Origin: Deinococcus sp.
GTDB lineage: Bacteria; Deinococcota; Deinococci; Deinococcales; Deinococcaceae
Direction of reading: 5' to 3'
DNA: 64,000 bases
Assembly (NCBI GenBank): GCA_965261005.1
Contig: OZ253375.1
Location: 416,001-480,000 of the forward strand
Positions within the stretch are counted from its first letter, which is position 1. Each line of letters opens with the position of its first letter. This document shows positions 49,102 through 63,563 of the stretch, piece after piece. The notes beneath the pieces were generated by a model. The model did not search any database. It was not told where the DNA came from and saw only the letters and a program-made list of their open reading frames with translations. The position numbers and the translations under genes were made by a program.

Positions 49102-49503
49102 TCAACGGCTCAGGGTCGCTTCTATGGTCTCTCCCCCCTCGTCCTCGATCACCAAGCGGGCGCGCTTGCCCATGCGTCCGAGCATGTCGGTGATCGTGCC
49201 GATAGTGAGGTTGGCATCGGGGTGTTCGAGCTGCGAGATGCGGCCCGAGGACACGCCCCAGCGCTCTCCCGCCGCCCGCATGGTCAGGCCTTCGCGCTCC
49301 CGAATCACTTTGAATGCCTGCCCCAAACTGCCTACCGCCACCGCCTGCGAAATCTCAGCCGGCGTCATGCGTACGAACTGGCTCTCTGGCAAGCTGCCCC
49401 CAGAAACCTCGTGACCTTCGGCCTCGTTGAGCAAGGCGAGCATTTCGGCGTCTGGCAGCGCCTCAAGGTTCAAGATATCTTGCCATTCCTGTGCGGTTTT
49501 CAC
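49102..49503 (-). CDS. XRE/HTH antitoxin-like transcriptional regulator (HigA-like)
   Basis: IREREGLT...GERWGVSSGRISQLEH...NLTIGT HTH_3 pattern; AGGAGG RBS; coupled to the upstream toxin ORF. Confidence 0.82.
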   Translation of the reverse strand: MKTAQEWQDILNLEALPDAEMLALLNEAEGHEVSGGSLPESQFVRMTPAEISQAVAVGSLGQAFKVIREREGLTMRAAGERWGVSSGRISQLEHPDANLTIGTITDMLGRMGKRARLVIEDEGGETIEATLSR

Positions 49504-49871
49504 GTCGTTCCTCCTGCCCTACTGCTGTCGGTCTGCCAAAAACACAGCGCTTCACGCAGCCGCTCCCCGACCTTTTCGTCGGTCTTGATCTCGGCGCCGG
49601 TGATCGCAGCTTCACCCGTCGGGCGAAAGAAGAAATAAACCCGGACGCCGCCTTTGCGCCCGCCCCGCGCGTGGCTCTTGAGTTCTCAGATCGGCAACCC
49701 CTGCAACTTCTTCGCGTGGCTGCTGTCCTTGCCGCGCAGGCGCAACTCGGCCAGCATGATGACCGCCTGATCGATTGCGTCCTGATACCCCCGGTCTGAC
49801 CATTCCAGCAGATCGTCGAGAATGGCCGCTCGCTCCCCATTTGGACGCCTCAAGAGGATTAGAGCGGTCAT
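49500..49871 (-). pseudogene. RelE/HigB(Gp49)-like toxin with an internal nonsense codon
   Basis: Frame reads ..HAKKLQGLPI*ELKSHARGGRKGGVRVYFFF..; TGA at 49686-49688 sits where Trp (IWELK) is expected; the frame continues to a TGA overlapping the antitoxin GTG. Confidence 0.75.
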
Positions 49872-49893
49872 CTGCTTAGTTTATGCTAAGCAG
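49872..49893 (-). promoter_or_regulatory. Operator palindrome over the TA promoter -10
   Basis: CTGCTTAG-N6-CTAAGCAG; minus-strand TAAACT lies 6 nt before the toxin ATG. Confidence 0.75.
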
Positions 49894-49993
49894 GCGTGGC
49901 GGCACAAGCTCATTACCTGCTGCCCGTTTCTCGCTCCTTCAACCGCCACCTTTCCCACCGTCCTATCTCCCCCAACACGCCAAACTGCCCCCC

Positions 49994-52252
49994 GTGCCCG
50001 TCCAGCTGGTGTGGTTTAAAAAAGACCTGCGCCTGAGCGACCACGCGCCGCTCACGGAGGCGGCGCGGCGCGGGCCGGTGCTGCCGCTGTACATCTACGA
50101 GCCGGAACAATTGAATCACCCGGAATTCACCGGGCACCACCTGAGCTACTTGAACGACTGTTTGCGTGAGCTGGACGCGGGGCTGCGCAAGTTGGGCACG
50201 CCGTTAATCACCCGCTGTGGCGAGGCGGTCGCCGTATTGGAAAAGTTACGCGGTCAAGTGGACCTCGGCGGCCTGTGGGCACATGAGGAGACCGGCAACG
50301 GGGTCAGCTTCGCGCGGGACCGGCGGGTGCGGGCCTGGGCGCGCCTTCGCGCCCTCCCCTTCCGGGAATTGCCGAGTGGCGGCGTGGTGCGGCGCATGAA
50401 GAACCGCGACGGCTGGGCGCAAAGCTGGGAAGAGCGCATGGCCGCCCCGGTTTTGCCGCCGCCGGAGAGGTTATGCGGCACGAATCTGTCGCCGGAGGGG
50501 CTGCGCGGGCACGCTGAGCTGGGTGTAGAAGCCAATAACAAGACCATCCCGCACGGTGGAGAGCGGCAGGCTTGGGCAACGCTGGATTCTTTTCTGGGCG
50601 GGCGCGGCGTGAACTACACCTATGAGCTGAGCAGCCCTCTAAGCGCAGAACGGGCCTGTTCGCGGCTGAGCGCGCCGCTCGCTTATGGCAGCTTGTCGGT
50701 GCGGGAGGTGGTGCAAGCGACCCGGCGGCGCCTCGCGGCCGTGGGGGGCGACCCCGAAGCCGATTCGCGCTGGGTCCGCTCGCTGCGCTCCTTCGAGAGC
50801 CGGCTGCACTGGCATGACCACTTCGTGCAGCGCCTGGAGTCCCAGCCGGACATGGAGTTTCGCAACCTCAACAAAGCCTTTGACGGCCTGCGCGAGGGAC
50901 ATTGGAACGCCGGCGCCTTCGACCGCTGGGCGCACGGGCAGACCGGCTATCCCCTGATTGACGCCTGCATGCGCATGCTGCGCGTGACCGGCTGGCTGAA
51001 CTTCCGCATGCGCGCGCTGCTGGTCAGCTTCGCCAGCCAGCACCTCTGGCTGCATTGGCGACCGACCGGCCTGTATTTGGCGGGGCAATGGCTCGACAAC
51101 GAGCCGGGCATCCACTGGTCGCAGATGCAGATGCAGAGCGGCACCGTGGGCATCAACCGGCTGCGGGTCTACTCGCCCAGCCGGCAGGCGCGCGAGCAGG
51201 ACCCTACGGGCGCCTTTATCCGCCGCTGGGTGCCCGAGCTGGCGGACGTGCCGGGCGACTTCGTTCACACGCCCTGGGTCTGGAGCGGCGCGGGGCGCTT
51301 GGTCTACCCGGCCCCCATCGTGGACGAGGGCAAGGCCGCCCGCGAGGCGAAGGCGAGAATCAAGGCCGTTCACGTCACCGCGCAATTCGAGTTGGAGGCC
51401 CGGCGGCTTTACCATAAGCACGGCAGCCGCAAAAAGGCCGTGCTGCGCGCCGAGAGAATGGCGCGCGGCTTGCCGCCGAAGCCACCTTCCCGGCAAAGGA
51501 GACGCCGCATGACGGACCAGCCCGATTTGTTCGGTCAAACCACTCAGCCCGAAACGCTTCAAGCCATCGTCCCCGCCAATCTGCCCGCGTCGTGGCAAGA
51601 GGCGCTGCACGCCGAGTTCGCCGCCCCGTACTTCCACGAGCTGAGGGACTTCCTGGCCGAGGAACGCCGCGAGCAGACCATCTACCCGCCGGCCCCGGAC
51701 GTCTTCAACGCCCTGCGCGCCACGCCGCTGGAAAGCGTCAAGGTGCTGATCCTGGGCCAAGACCCTTACCACGGCGCCGGCCAAGGGCACGGCCTGAGCT
51801 TCTCGGTACGGCCGGGCGTGCGGGTGCCGCCGAGCTTGCAGAACATCTACAAAGAGCTGCAAAGCGACGTGGGCTTCACGCCGCCGCGCCACGGCTACCT
51901 GAAAAACTGGGCCGAGCAGGGCGTCCTGCTGTTGAACGCCGTGCTGACCGTGCGCGCGGGGCAGGCGAACAGCCACGCCGGCAAGGGCTGGGAGCAGTTC
52001 ACCGACGCGGTGATCCGGGCGGTGAATGAGAAGCCGGAGCGGGTGGTGTTCGTGCTGTGGGGCGCCTACGCCCGCAAGAAGAAGAAGCTGATCACGGGCG
52101 CGCAGCACGTCGTGATCGAGAGCGCCCACCCCAGCCCCCTCAGCGCCGAGCGCTTTTTCGGCAGCCGCCCCTTCAGCAAGGTGAACGCCGCGCTCACGGA
52201 GGCGAACGAGACGCCGATTGACTGGCAATTGCCGATGAAGCCGGAGGAGTAA
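49994..52252 (+). CDS. Photolyase/cryptochrome-family protein fused in frame to family-1 uracil-DNA glycosylase (752 aa)
   Basis: VWFKKDLRLSDHAPL, CSRLS, GQTGYPLIDACMR.L..TGWLNFRMRA, FIRRWVPEL, then with no stop GQDPYH, GLSFSV, PPSL.NIYKEL, LLLNAVLTV, HPSPLS. Confidence 0.9.
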   Translation: MPVQLVWFKKDLRLSDHAPLTEAARRGPVLPLYIYEPEQLNHPEFTGHHLSYLNDCLRELDAGLRKLGTPLITRCGEAVAVLEKLRGQVDLGGLWAHEETGNGVSFARDRRVRAWARLRALPFRELPSGGVVRRMKNRDGWAQSWEERMAAPVLPPPERLCGTNLSPEGLRGHAELGVEANNKTIPHGGERQAWATLDSFLGGRGVNYTYELSSPLSAERACSRLSAPLAYGSLSVREVVQATRRRLAAVGGDPEADSRWVRSLRSFESRLHWHDHFVQRLESQPDMEFRNLNKAFDGLREGHWNAGAFDRWAHGQTGYPLIDACMRMLRVTGWLNFRMRALLVSFASQHLWLHWRPTGLYLAGQWLDNEPGIHWSQMQMQSGTVGINRLRVYSPSRQAREQDPTGAFIRRWVPELADVPGDFVHTPWVWSGAGRLVYPAPIVDEGKAAREAKARIKAVHVTAQFELEARRLYHKHGSRKKAVLRAERMARGLPPKPPSRQRRRRMTDQPDLFGQTTQPETLQAIVPANLPASWQEALHAEFAAPYFHELRDFLAEERREQTIYPPAPDVFNALRATPLESVKVLILGQDPYHGAGQGHGLSFSVRPGVRVPPSLQNIYKELQSDVGFTPPRHGYLKNWAEQGVLLLNAVLTVRAGQANSHAGKGWEQFTDAVIRAVNEKPERVVFVLWGAYARKKKKLITGAQHVVIESAHPSPLSAERFFGSRPFSKVNAALTEANETPIDWQLPMKPEE
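51509..52252 (+). CDS. ung: Uracil-DNA glycosylase moiety with candidate internal start (247 aa)
   Basis: AAGGAG at 51496-51501, 7 nt before an in-frame ATG; MTDQPDLFG resembles the deinococcal Ung N-terminus; catalytic GQDPYH and HPSPLS intact. Confidence 0.85.
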   Translation: MTDQPDLFGQTTQPETLQAIVPANLPASWQEALHAEFAAPYFHELRDFLAEERREQTIYPPAPDVFNALRATPLESVKVLILGQDPYHGAGQGHGLSFSVRPGVRVPPSLQNIYKELQSDVGFTPPRHGYLKNWAEQGVLLLNAVLTVRAGQANSHAGKGWEQFTDAVIRAVNEKPERVVFVLWGAYARKKKKLITGAQHVVIESAHPSPLSAERFFGSRPFSKVNAALTEANETPIDWQLPMKPEE

Positions 52253-52264
52253 CAGACTTGCGGC

Positions 52265-52293
52265 TTGACCTCCCCCCGCCGCGCGGGTAGAGT
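52265..52293 (+). promoter_or_regulatory. SigA-type promoter of the leu leader
   Basis: TTGACC-N17-TAGAGT, 6 nt before the leader ATG. Confidence 0.75.
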
Positions 52294-52299
52294 CTCCCC

Positions 52300-52353
52300 A
52301 TGTCAGGTGTCCGCTCGCTTCTTCTTGCGCCGCTCCGTAGGACGGAAGCGTAG
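52300..52353 (+). CDS. leuA leader peptide [17 protein letters not shown]
   Basis: Three tandem CTT Leu codons plus one CTC, upstream of a terminator and leuA. Confidence 0.85.
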   Translation: MSGVRSLLLAPLRRTEA

Positions 52354-52371
52354 AAGCCGCTACGCACCCCG

Positions 52372-52407
52372 CCCCCGGAGCACCCGCAGCTCCGGGGGTT
52401 TTCTTTT
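52372..52407 (+). terminator. Attenuator terminator of the leuA leader
   Basis: CCCCCGGAGC/GCTCCGGGGG 10-bp stem plus TTTTCTTTT; GCTCCG in the leader can alternatively pair with CGGAGC. Confidence 0.85.
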
Positions 52408-52429
52408 CGCTCTTCACTCAGGAGGCCGC

Positions 52430-54012
<1,583 letters not shown>

Positions 54013-54016
<4 letters not shown>

Positions 54017-54723
54017 GGACCGTCGGCCTGATCGGCGGCATGAGCTGGGAATCGTCGGCCGAGTATTACCGGCTCATCAACCAGGGCGTAAAGGCGCAGC
54101 TGGGCGGGCTGCACTCGGCGCGCTGCCTGCTGTACTCGCTGGACTTCGCCGAGATCGAGCGCCTTCAGCACGCGGGGCGCTGGGCGGAGGCCGGAGACAT
54201 TCTCGCTGGAGCGGCGCGCGCCCTGGAAGCCGGCGGCGCGGAAGGTGTGGTCCTCTGCACCAACACCATGCACAAGGTCACCGGCGCCATCACCGCCGGC
54301 CTGAGCGTTCCCTTCCTGCACATCGCGGACGCCACGGCGGAGCGGGTGCGGGCGCGCGGCCTCACGCGCGTCGGCCTGCTGGGCACGGCCTTTACGATGG
54401 AGCAGGATTTTTACAGGGGGCGGCTGGCGGAACAGTACGGCCTGGACGTGCTGATTCCGGAGGAGGCCGACCGCCAGATCATCCACCGCGTCATCTACGA
54501 CGAGCTGTGCCAAGGGCGGGTCCTGCCGGGGTCGAGGGCCGAGTACGTCCGCGTGATGCGCTCACTGGTGGGGCGCGGCGCTCAGGGCGTCATCCTGGGC
54601 TGCACCGAGATCACGCTGCTGGTCGGACAGGACGACGTGAGCGTGCCGGTGTTCGACACGACTGCCATTCACGCGGAGGCGGCGGTGGAGTTCGCCCTCG
54701 CGCCGGAACTGGAGCGCGCATGA
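54013..54723 (+). CDS. Aspartate/glutamate racemase family (YgeA/RacX-like)
   Basis: [10 protein letters not shown]...YY, CTNTMH, GLLGT.FTM, ILGCTEI. Confidence 0.92.
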
Positions 54724-55007
54724 TCCTGGAAATCGCCACCATCACCCTGAAAAGCGGCAACGCCGACGAGTTCATCCGCGTGATGCCGCGCGCTTTTGAG
54801 GTGCTGGACGGCACGCCCGGCTATCACCGCCACGAGCTGCATAGAGGGATCGAGCGGCCCGACGTGTTCACCCTGTTCATCTGGTGGGACAGCGTGGAGG
54901 CGCACGAGCGGAACTTCCGGCAGACTGAGCGCTTCGGCCGCTGGCGGGCGGTGTGGGGGCACTTGATGGAGGGCGCGCAGGTGGAGCATTTTACGAGGGT
55001 GTATTGA
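54720..55007 (+). CDS. Antibiotic-biosynthesis monooxygenase (ABM) family protein
   Basis: MILEIA, PGY..HEL.RGIE.P..F.L.I.WDSVEAH...FR; ATG overlaps the upstream stop. Confidence 0.85.
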   Translation: MILEIATITLKSGNADEFIRVMPRAFEVLDGTPGYHRHELHRGIERPDVFTLFIWWDSVEAHERNFRQTERFGRWRAVWGHLMEGAQVEHFTRVY

Positions 55008-55733
55008 ATGCGCGTCGCCGTGCTTTCTGACGTTCATGGCAACCGCTTCGCGCTGGAGGCGGTGCTGAAAGACGTGCGCGCCTGCTCGCCGGATGTGATC
55101 GACAACTTGGGAGATCAGGTCTTCGGGAGCGCCGACCCGGCCGCAGCCTACGCGCTGCAACGTGAACTCGGCGCCGTGGAGGTGCGCGGCAACACCGACG
55201 AAATGTACGCGGCCGATCTGAGCGAGCTGGAGGGCGCGCGGTCACAAGTCGAGTGGCTGCGCGGGCAGTTGCCGCCGGAGGCTGCTCAGAACCTGCGAAA
55301 TTTACCTGTAACCGCGACGCTGGCGGACGGCGAGGTGCTGGTCGCTCACGGCGATTTACAAAGCTCTTGGCAAGCCTTGGTGTTTACCCGTGAAGAGGCC
55401 GTCAACCAAACCCGCTTGGCCTCGCCGGACGAGTTGCTGGAACGGGCCAAGGATTTCCCGGCGGCGCGCGTCGTGATTGTTGGACACACCCACCGCGAAC
55501 ACCTGTCGGTACAGAACGGCGTCACCTTTGTGAACACGGGCGCCGTCTCACGCCAGATGCACGGCGACCCCGCCGCGCGCTGGGTGCTGCTGGAAAAGAG
55601 GGGGCCTTTCTGGAACATCTCGTTTCGCCGCGTGGAATACGACTGGGAAGCGGCGGCGCGCTGGATCGAGGAGCGGTATCCCGATAAGCAGGACGAGGCG
55701 CAGCACTTGCGGCTGGGGCGCTGGCAGCGGTGA
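55008..55733 (+). CDS. Metallophosphoesterase family protein
   Basis: SDVHGN, LGD, RGNTD, AHG, GHTH, VNTGAV. Confidence 0.9.
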   Translation: MRVAVLSDVHGNRFALEAVLKDVRACSPDVIDNLGDQVFGSADPAAAYALQRELGAVEVRGNTDEMYAADLSELEGARSQVEWLRGQLPPEAAQNLRNLPVTATLADGEVLVAHGDLQSSWQALVFTREEAVNQTRLASPDELLERAKDFPAARVVIVGHTHREHLSVQNGVTFVNTGAVSRQMHGDPAARWVLLEKRGPFWNISFRRVEYDWEAAARWIEERYPDKQDEAQHLRLGRWQR

Positions 55734-55820
55734 CCAGACCATCGGGCGCTTCCTTCAGCGCTGCGCCCAAAAGGCGGCCTTACCTGAGTGAACAAGTGAC
55801 GGCAAGCGTAGACTTGAATC

Positions 55821-56018
55821 ATGAACGAGCGCGAAGTAAAGCAGGTTGTGCAGGTCTTTTCAATGAAGGACGCTCCCAGCACGTCCCAGTATTGGCGAGA
55901 GCGACCTATGGCCGAACGGCTGGCAGCTTTGGAACAGATACGGCGCGAATACCACCTCTGGAAGTACGGTCATGAACCCGAACTTCAGCGAGTTGTGCGC
56001 GTTACTCGACAAAAATGA
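55821..56018 (+). CDS. Small hypothetical protein (65 aa), partner of the downstream nucleotidyltransferase
   Basis: ATG 6 nt after TAGACT; YW...PM.ERL.ALE.IRR helix; overlaps the next gene by 47 bp. Confidence 0.7.
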   Translation: MNEREVKQVVQVFSMKDAPSTSQYWRERPMAERLAALEQIRREYHLWKYGHEPELQRVVRVTRQK

Positions 56019-56420
56019 GGTGCGCTATCTGATTATTGGAGGCTACGCGCTTGCGGCACACGGTCGGCCCCGTTATACAGAAGATTTTGATCTCTGGGTC
56101 GAACCGACACCGGAAAATGCAGTACGTGTTCTAGCTACCCTCGAAGATTTCGGTTTCGGGAGCTTGGATATTCGCATAGAGGATTTGGTGACGCCCGACA
56201 TGGTCATTCAACTCGGCTACCCACCCGCCCGCGTTGACCTGCTGACCCAGCCTGAAGGCGTCATCTTTCAGGAATGCTATCCGAATCGCGTCATGCTTCA
56301 GTTCGGCGGTCTGACGCTCCCTTTTCTGAACGTTCCAGACCTCATTCGCAACAAACGCGCCTCTGCAAGGCCGCAAGATCTCGCCGACGTGGCGGCGCTC
56401 GAAGACCTGGAGAACAACCC

Positions 56421-56424
<4 letters not shown>
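55972..56424 (+). CDS. Minimal nucleotidyltransferase (Pol-beta superfamily, DUF6036/AbiEii-like)
   Basis: [37 protein letters not shown]. Confidence 0.8.
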
Positions 56425-58112
<1,688 letters not shown>

Positions 58113-58161
58113 TACGGATTCTGCGGTCTGGAGCAACATCGTGGCGGTCGGCAATTGGCTT

Positions 58162-58953
58162 CTACTGACCCGCGCGCAGGCGCAGCTGCAAACCCGGCAG
58201 GTGCAGCCGGACGTAGTCCAAAATGGCGGCAATAAACAGCACGACCCCGGCCATTTCCATCGCCTCCTGCACGAACACCGTCAACTCCGCGACAAAGGTG
58301 CCCGCGTAGAAGGTCGCCACCTCGCTCTCGATCAGTTCCGTGCCGAAGGCGCCCAGCACGTACACGGCGCCGGCCACCACAAAGCCGCGGCGCGCGCTCG
58401 CGGGCAACTGGCCGAGAAAGCGCCAAAAGACCAGCAGAAACACGACGCCGAACAGCGCGTACGGCACGACCCAGCCCGACCTGAAGATGCCCCCGGCGGG
58501 CAGCACGCCGCGCAGCAGGTAGTTCAACTTCTCGTGAAGCATGGCGAGTTCGTCGAGGGTCAGGTAGAAAAAAACGCCGGTCAGCCCGCGCCAGGCCCAG
58601 GTCCAAGCGTCGGCCACCCGGCTTTTGGCCGCCGCCACCCAAGCGAGCAGCAGCGCCGCGATCAGGAGGATCAGGCCGGAAAAGGCCGCCGGCACGTTCG
58701 ACTCCCCGTCGAGGTCGGTGAGCTGGATAAAGGCGTCGCGCAGAAAGAACTTATGGGTGGTGAACAGCAGCACCTGACCCAGCACGCCACAAAAGACCAG
58801 CGCGGCGACCGTCCACCACAGCCAGCGCAACACGCGGCGCTGGTCGAGGTCGAGGAAGACCGTCACCGCACCCCCGTCCTCCAGGGGGAGAGCTGAGGGC
58901 GATGAAAAGACCTCCCGTGTGGCGCCCGCGTGCTCACCGCTCGTCTTCGTCAT
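58162..58953 (-). CDS. Hypothetical multi-pass membrane protein
   Basis: About 7 hydrophobic segments; LDGESNVPA.FS, DE...LHE, E..EM.G motifs. Confidence 0.7.
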   Translation of the reverse strand: MTKTSGEHAGATREVFSSPSALPLEDGGAVTVFLDLDQRRVLRWLWWTVAALVFCGVLGQVLLFTTHKFFLRDAFIQLTDLDGESNVPAAFSGLILLIAALLLAWVAAAKSRVADAWTWAWRGLTGVFFYLTLDELAMLHEKLNYLLRGVLPAGGIFRSGWVVPYALFGVVFLLVFWRFLGQLPASARRGFVVAGAVYVLGAFGTELIESEVATFYAGTFVAELTVFVQEAMEMAGVVLFIAAILDYVRLHLPGLQLRLRAGQ

Positions 58954-59101
58954 GCCGCTCCCCGACGTTCACAGGACTCACGCCGCGTTCACTATCAGCG
59001 CTGTGTCAGCACTATACACGGCCGCTCCATCGGGAGGCGAAATTTTCACGCCGTTCAGCCGTTCAGCATGGTCTGCCGTCCGCCCGCTCTAGACTCCGCA
59101 C

Positions 59102-60190
59102 ATGACCTCGCACACGAACCTGACCTTTTCTTGGGCCGACTTGCGGCGGCTCACGCCCGGGCCGGGAACCGGCGGCGCGCTGAGAACGGAGCCGGAGGAC
59201 TTTGTGGTGGAGGAGCTGCCGGCCTACCCGCTGTCCGGAACGGGCGAACACCTCTACCTGCGCGTCGAGAAGACCGGCCACACCACCGTTCACGTCGTGC
59301 GCGAACTCGCGCGCCACTTGGGCGTGCCGGACAAGCAGATCGGCGTGGCCGGCCTCAAGGACCGCCACGCCGTCACGACCCAGTGGCTGAGCGTGCCCGC
59401 CAAGCTGGAAGGGCGGCTGGAGGGCTTCGCGCCCTCCGGGGTGCGGCTGCTCGAACGAACGCGGCACGGCAACAAGCTGGGCATCGGCCACCTGCGCGGC
59501 AACCGCTTCACGGTGCGGGTGCGCGGGGCGGCGGGCGCGGCGGAACGGGCGGCGGGGACGCTCTCTCAGCTCGCGCGCCTGGGCGTGCCCAACTACTTCG
59601 GTTCCCAGCGCTTCGGGCTGGGCGGCCTCAACGCCGAGGAGGGGCTGCGGGTAATGCGCGGCGAGTCACGCCTGCGCGATCCGCGCCTGACCCGCTTTTT
59701 GGTGTCCAGCGTGCAGAGTTTGCTGTTCAACCGCTTTGTCAGCGAGCGCCTCACGCGCGGGGTCTTCGACCGTCTGTTGGAGGGGGACATGGCCAAAAAG
59801 CACGACACCGGCGGCGTCTTCCGGGTGGAGGACGCCGCACACGAGAGCGGGCGCGCCCTGCGCGGCGAGGTCAGCGCCACCGGCACCCTGTTCGGGCGCA
59901 AGGTAACCCCGCTGACCGGGGAGGCCGGCGAACTGGAGCGCGTGGCGCTGGCCGCTTACGGCCTGACCCCCGAGGCGTTTCGCTCGCGCAAGGGGGACCG
60001 CCGCCTCACGCGGGTCTTTTTGACGGATCCCATCCTGAAGGCAAACGACGACGGCTACACGGTCGCTTTTGAATTGCCAAAGGGCAGCTTCGCCACCTCG
60101 GTGCTGCGCGAATTGGTCGGGGACGGCGTGGACGTGCAGGAGACGGACCTTCAGGAAGACGGGCCGGAAGGCGCTTCGGAGGGGCCGTAG
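59102..60190 (+). CDS. truD: tRNA pseudouridine(13) synthase
   Basis: [50 protein letters not shown]. Confidence 0.95.
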   Translation: MTSHTNLTFSWADLRRLTPGPGTGGALRTEPEDFVVEELPAYPLSGTGEHLYLRVEKTGHTTVHVVRELARHLGVPDKQIGVAGLKDRHAVTTQWLSVPAKLEGRLEGFAPSGVRLLERTRHGNKLGIGHLRGNRFTVRVRGAAGAAERAAGTLSQLARLGVPNYFGSQRFGLGGLNAEEGLRVMRGESRLRDPRLTRFLVSSVQSLLFNRFVSERLTRGVFDRLLEGDMAKKHDTGGVFRVEDAAHESGRALRGEVSATGTLFGRKVTPLTGEAGELERVALAAYGLTPEAFRSRKGDRRLTRVFLTDPILKANDDGYTVAFELPKGSFATSVLRELVGDGVDVQETDLQEDGPEGASEGP

Positions 60191-60239
60191 CGCCTTTCCC
60201 GCCCGTTCACGCGCCGGGACGGGTTACACTGTGCGCCAC

Positions 60240-60671
60240 ATGACAAGACGCCCCAGCAAGCCCTTCACGGCCGGCGCGCCCTGTTCAGCGCTGCTCGGCA
60301 CGGCGCTAATCGGCACGGCCCTGTTCGGTACGGCGGCGGCGCGCTCACCCGCCCTGAGCGACGCCTCGCTGCGGCTGACCGTGGGCGGGGCGGTGGTGGT
60401 GGTCACCTTGTCGGCTCGCGACCGCGACGTGTTGCAGCGGGTGTGGGCGCCCGGAACCAGCGCCCACATGCTGCGCTGCGAACCGCGCTGCCGCACGGCC
60501 ACGTCCATTCCCATCGAGGCCCAAACGCGCCTGGGCGCCGGGACCACCTACCGGGTGGTGCTGGGTGGCCACTTCGAGCCGGGCCAAAAAATCGGCCTGA
60601 TCTTCTCTTTCGGGGGCGGCAACGCGGCGGTGGAGGCCGTCGTGGACCGCGACACCGCCGGCCTGCCCTGA
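60240..60671 (+). CDS. Hypothetical exported protein
   Basis: Signal-peptide-like N-terminus with a 5-aa repeat (ALLGT/ALIGT/ALFGT); beta-rich remainder with CEPRC. Confidence 0.55.
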   Translation: MTRRPSKPFTAGAPCSALLGTALIGTALFGTAAARSPALSDASLRLTVGGAVVVVTLSARDRDVLQRVWAPGTSAHMLRCEPRCRTATSIPIEAQTRLGAGTTYRVVLGGHFEPGQKIGLIFSFGGGNAAVEAVVDRDTAGLP

Positions 60672-61117
60672 GCCGGCCTGCCCTAAAAAAGGCGTTGCGG
60701 CCAGGCTTTTTGGCCAGCGCCTACGGACCGGCCGGGGAGCGTTTCATGCTAACCGAGTCGCGCGGTCCGGCCCCCACGTGGGCGGGTGACCAGTGGGCCA
60801 TCGTGACCGCCCACAATCCGGGCGGGCGGCGCGCGCCGGACGACCAAAATGCGGCGCACGCCGCGCGGTTGGCCGCCGAGATCGCGCGGACAGGGCGGGT
60901 CAGCCTCGCGGTGGTCAACGGTTCGGGCGACTGGGCCGAGCCGGCGCGGCTGGTGTGGGGCGCGCGTCTCGCCGAGGCCGTGACTTGGGGCCGCGCTTAC
61001 GGACAGGCCGCCGTGCTGTGGGCCTCGGGCGCGCGGGTGGCGCTGGTGTGGCTCGGTCCAAGCGGCGTCTTGATTGAGCGCTTTTGGGCGTGCGGCGAGT
61101 TGGCCGGCCGTTTATGA
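60668..61117 (+). CDS. DUF3293-like protein (start uncertain)
   Basis: WAIVTAHNP.G...D.QN, G...W.EP, GRAYGQAAV motifs. Confidence 0.7.
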   Translation: MSRPALKKALRPGFLASAYGPAGERFMLTESRGPAPTWAGDQWAIVTAHNPGGRRAPDDQNAAHAARLAAEIARTGRVSLAVVNGSGDWAEPARLVWGARLAEAVTWGRAYGQAAVLWASGARVALVWLGPSGVLIERFWACGELAGRL

Positions 61118-61241
61118 AGAAAGCTTGCCCAACCTTATTCAAGCCTCACTTAGTGACTTCGTGCTTTGACAAGCTTTGTGGCGCAGTGTAGCCTCCAGAA
61201 GTCTGGAAATTCACAAAAAGTGGAACTGTTTTGCTGTCAAC

Positions 61242-61255
61242 AGAAAACGTTTCAC
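61242..61255 (+). promoter_or_regulatory. Possible LacI-family operator before the sugar ABC operon
   Basis: AAACGTTT palindrome with central CG immediately upstream of the GGGAGG RBS. Confidence 0.45.
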
Positions 61256-61265
61256 GGGAGGACGC

Positions 61266-62531
<1,266 letters not shown>

Positions 62532-62567
62532 GCGCCCAGTTCGGATTCACCGGTTCTTTATGGTGTG

Positions 62568-62593
62568 GGCGCCCCAATCGGGGCGCCTTTTTT
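62568..62593 (+). terminator. Intra-operon hairpin/terminator after the binding-protein gene
   Basis: GGCGCCCC-AATC-GGGGCGCC plus T6. Confidence 0.75.
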
Positions 62594-62624
62594 GAGACTA
62601 CAGTAGGCTCCAAAGGAGGCCCAC

Positions 62625-63562
<938 letters not shown>

Positions 63563-63563
<1 letters not shown>

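Noticed and set aside
49881..49897. TTATGCTAAG... as an RDRM for the photolyase-ung gene
   Set aside because: The right half does not match C(A/G)(G/T)AA; it is better explained as part of the TA operator palindrome.
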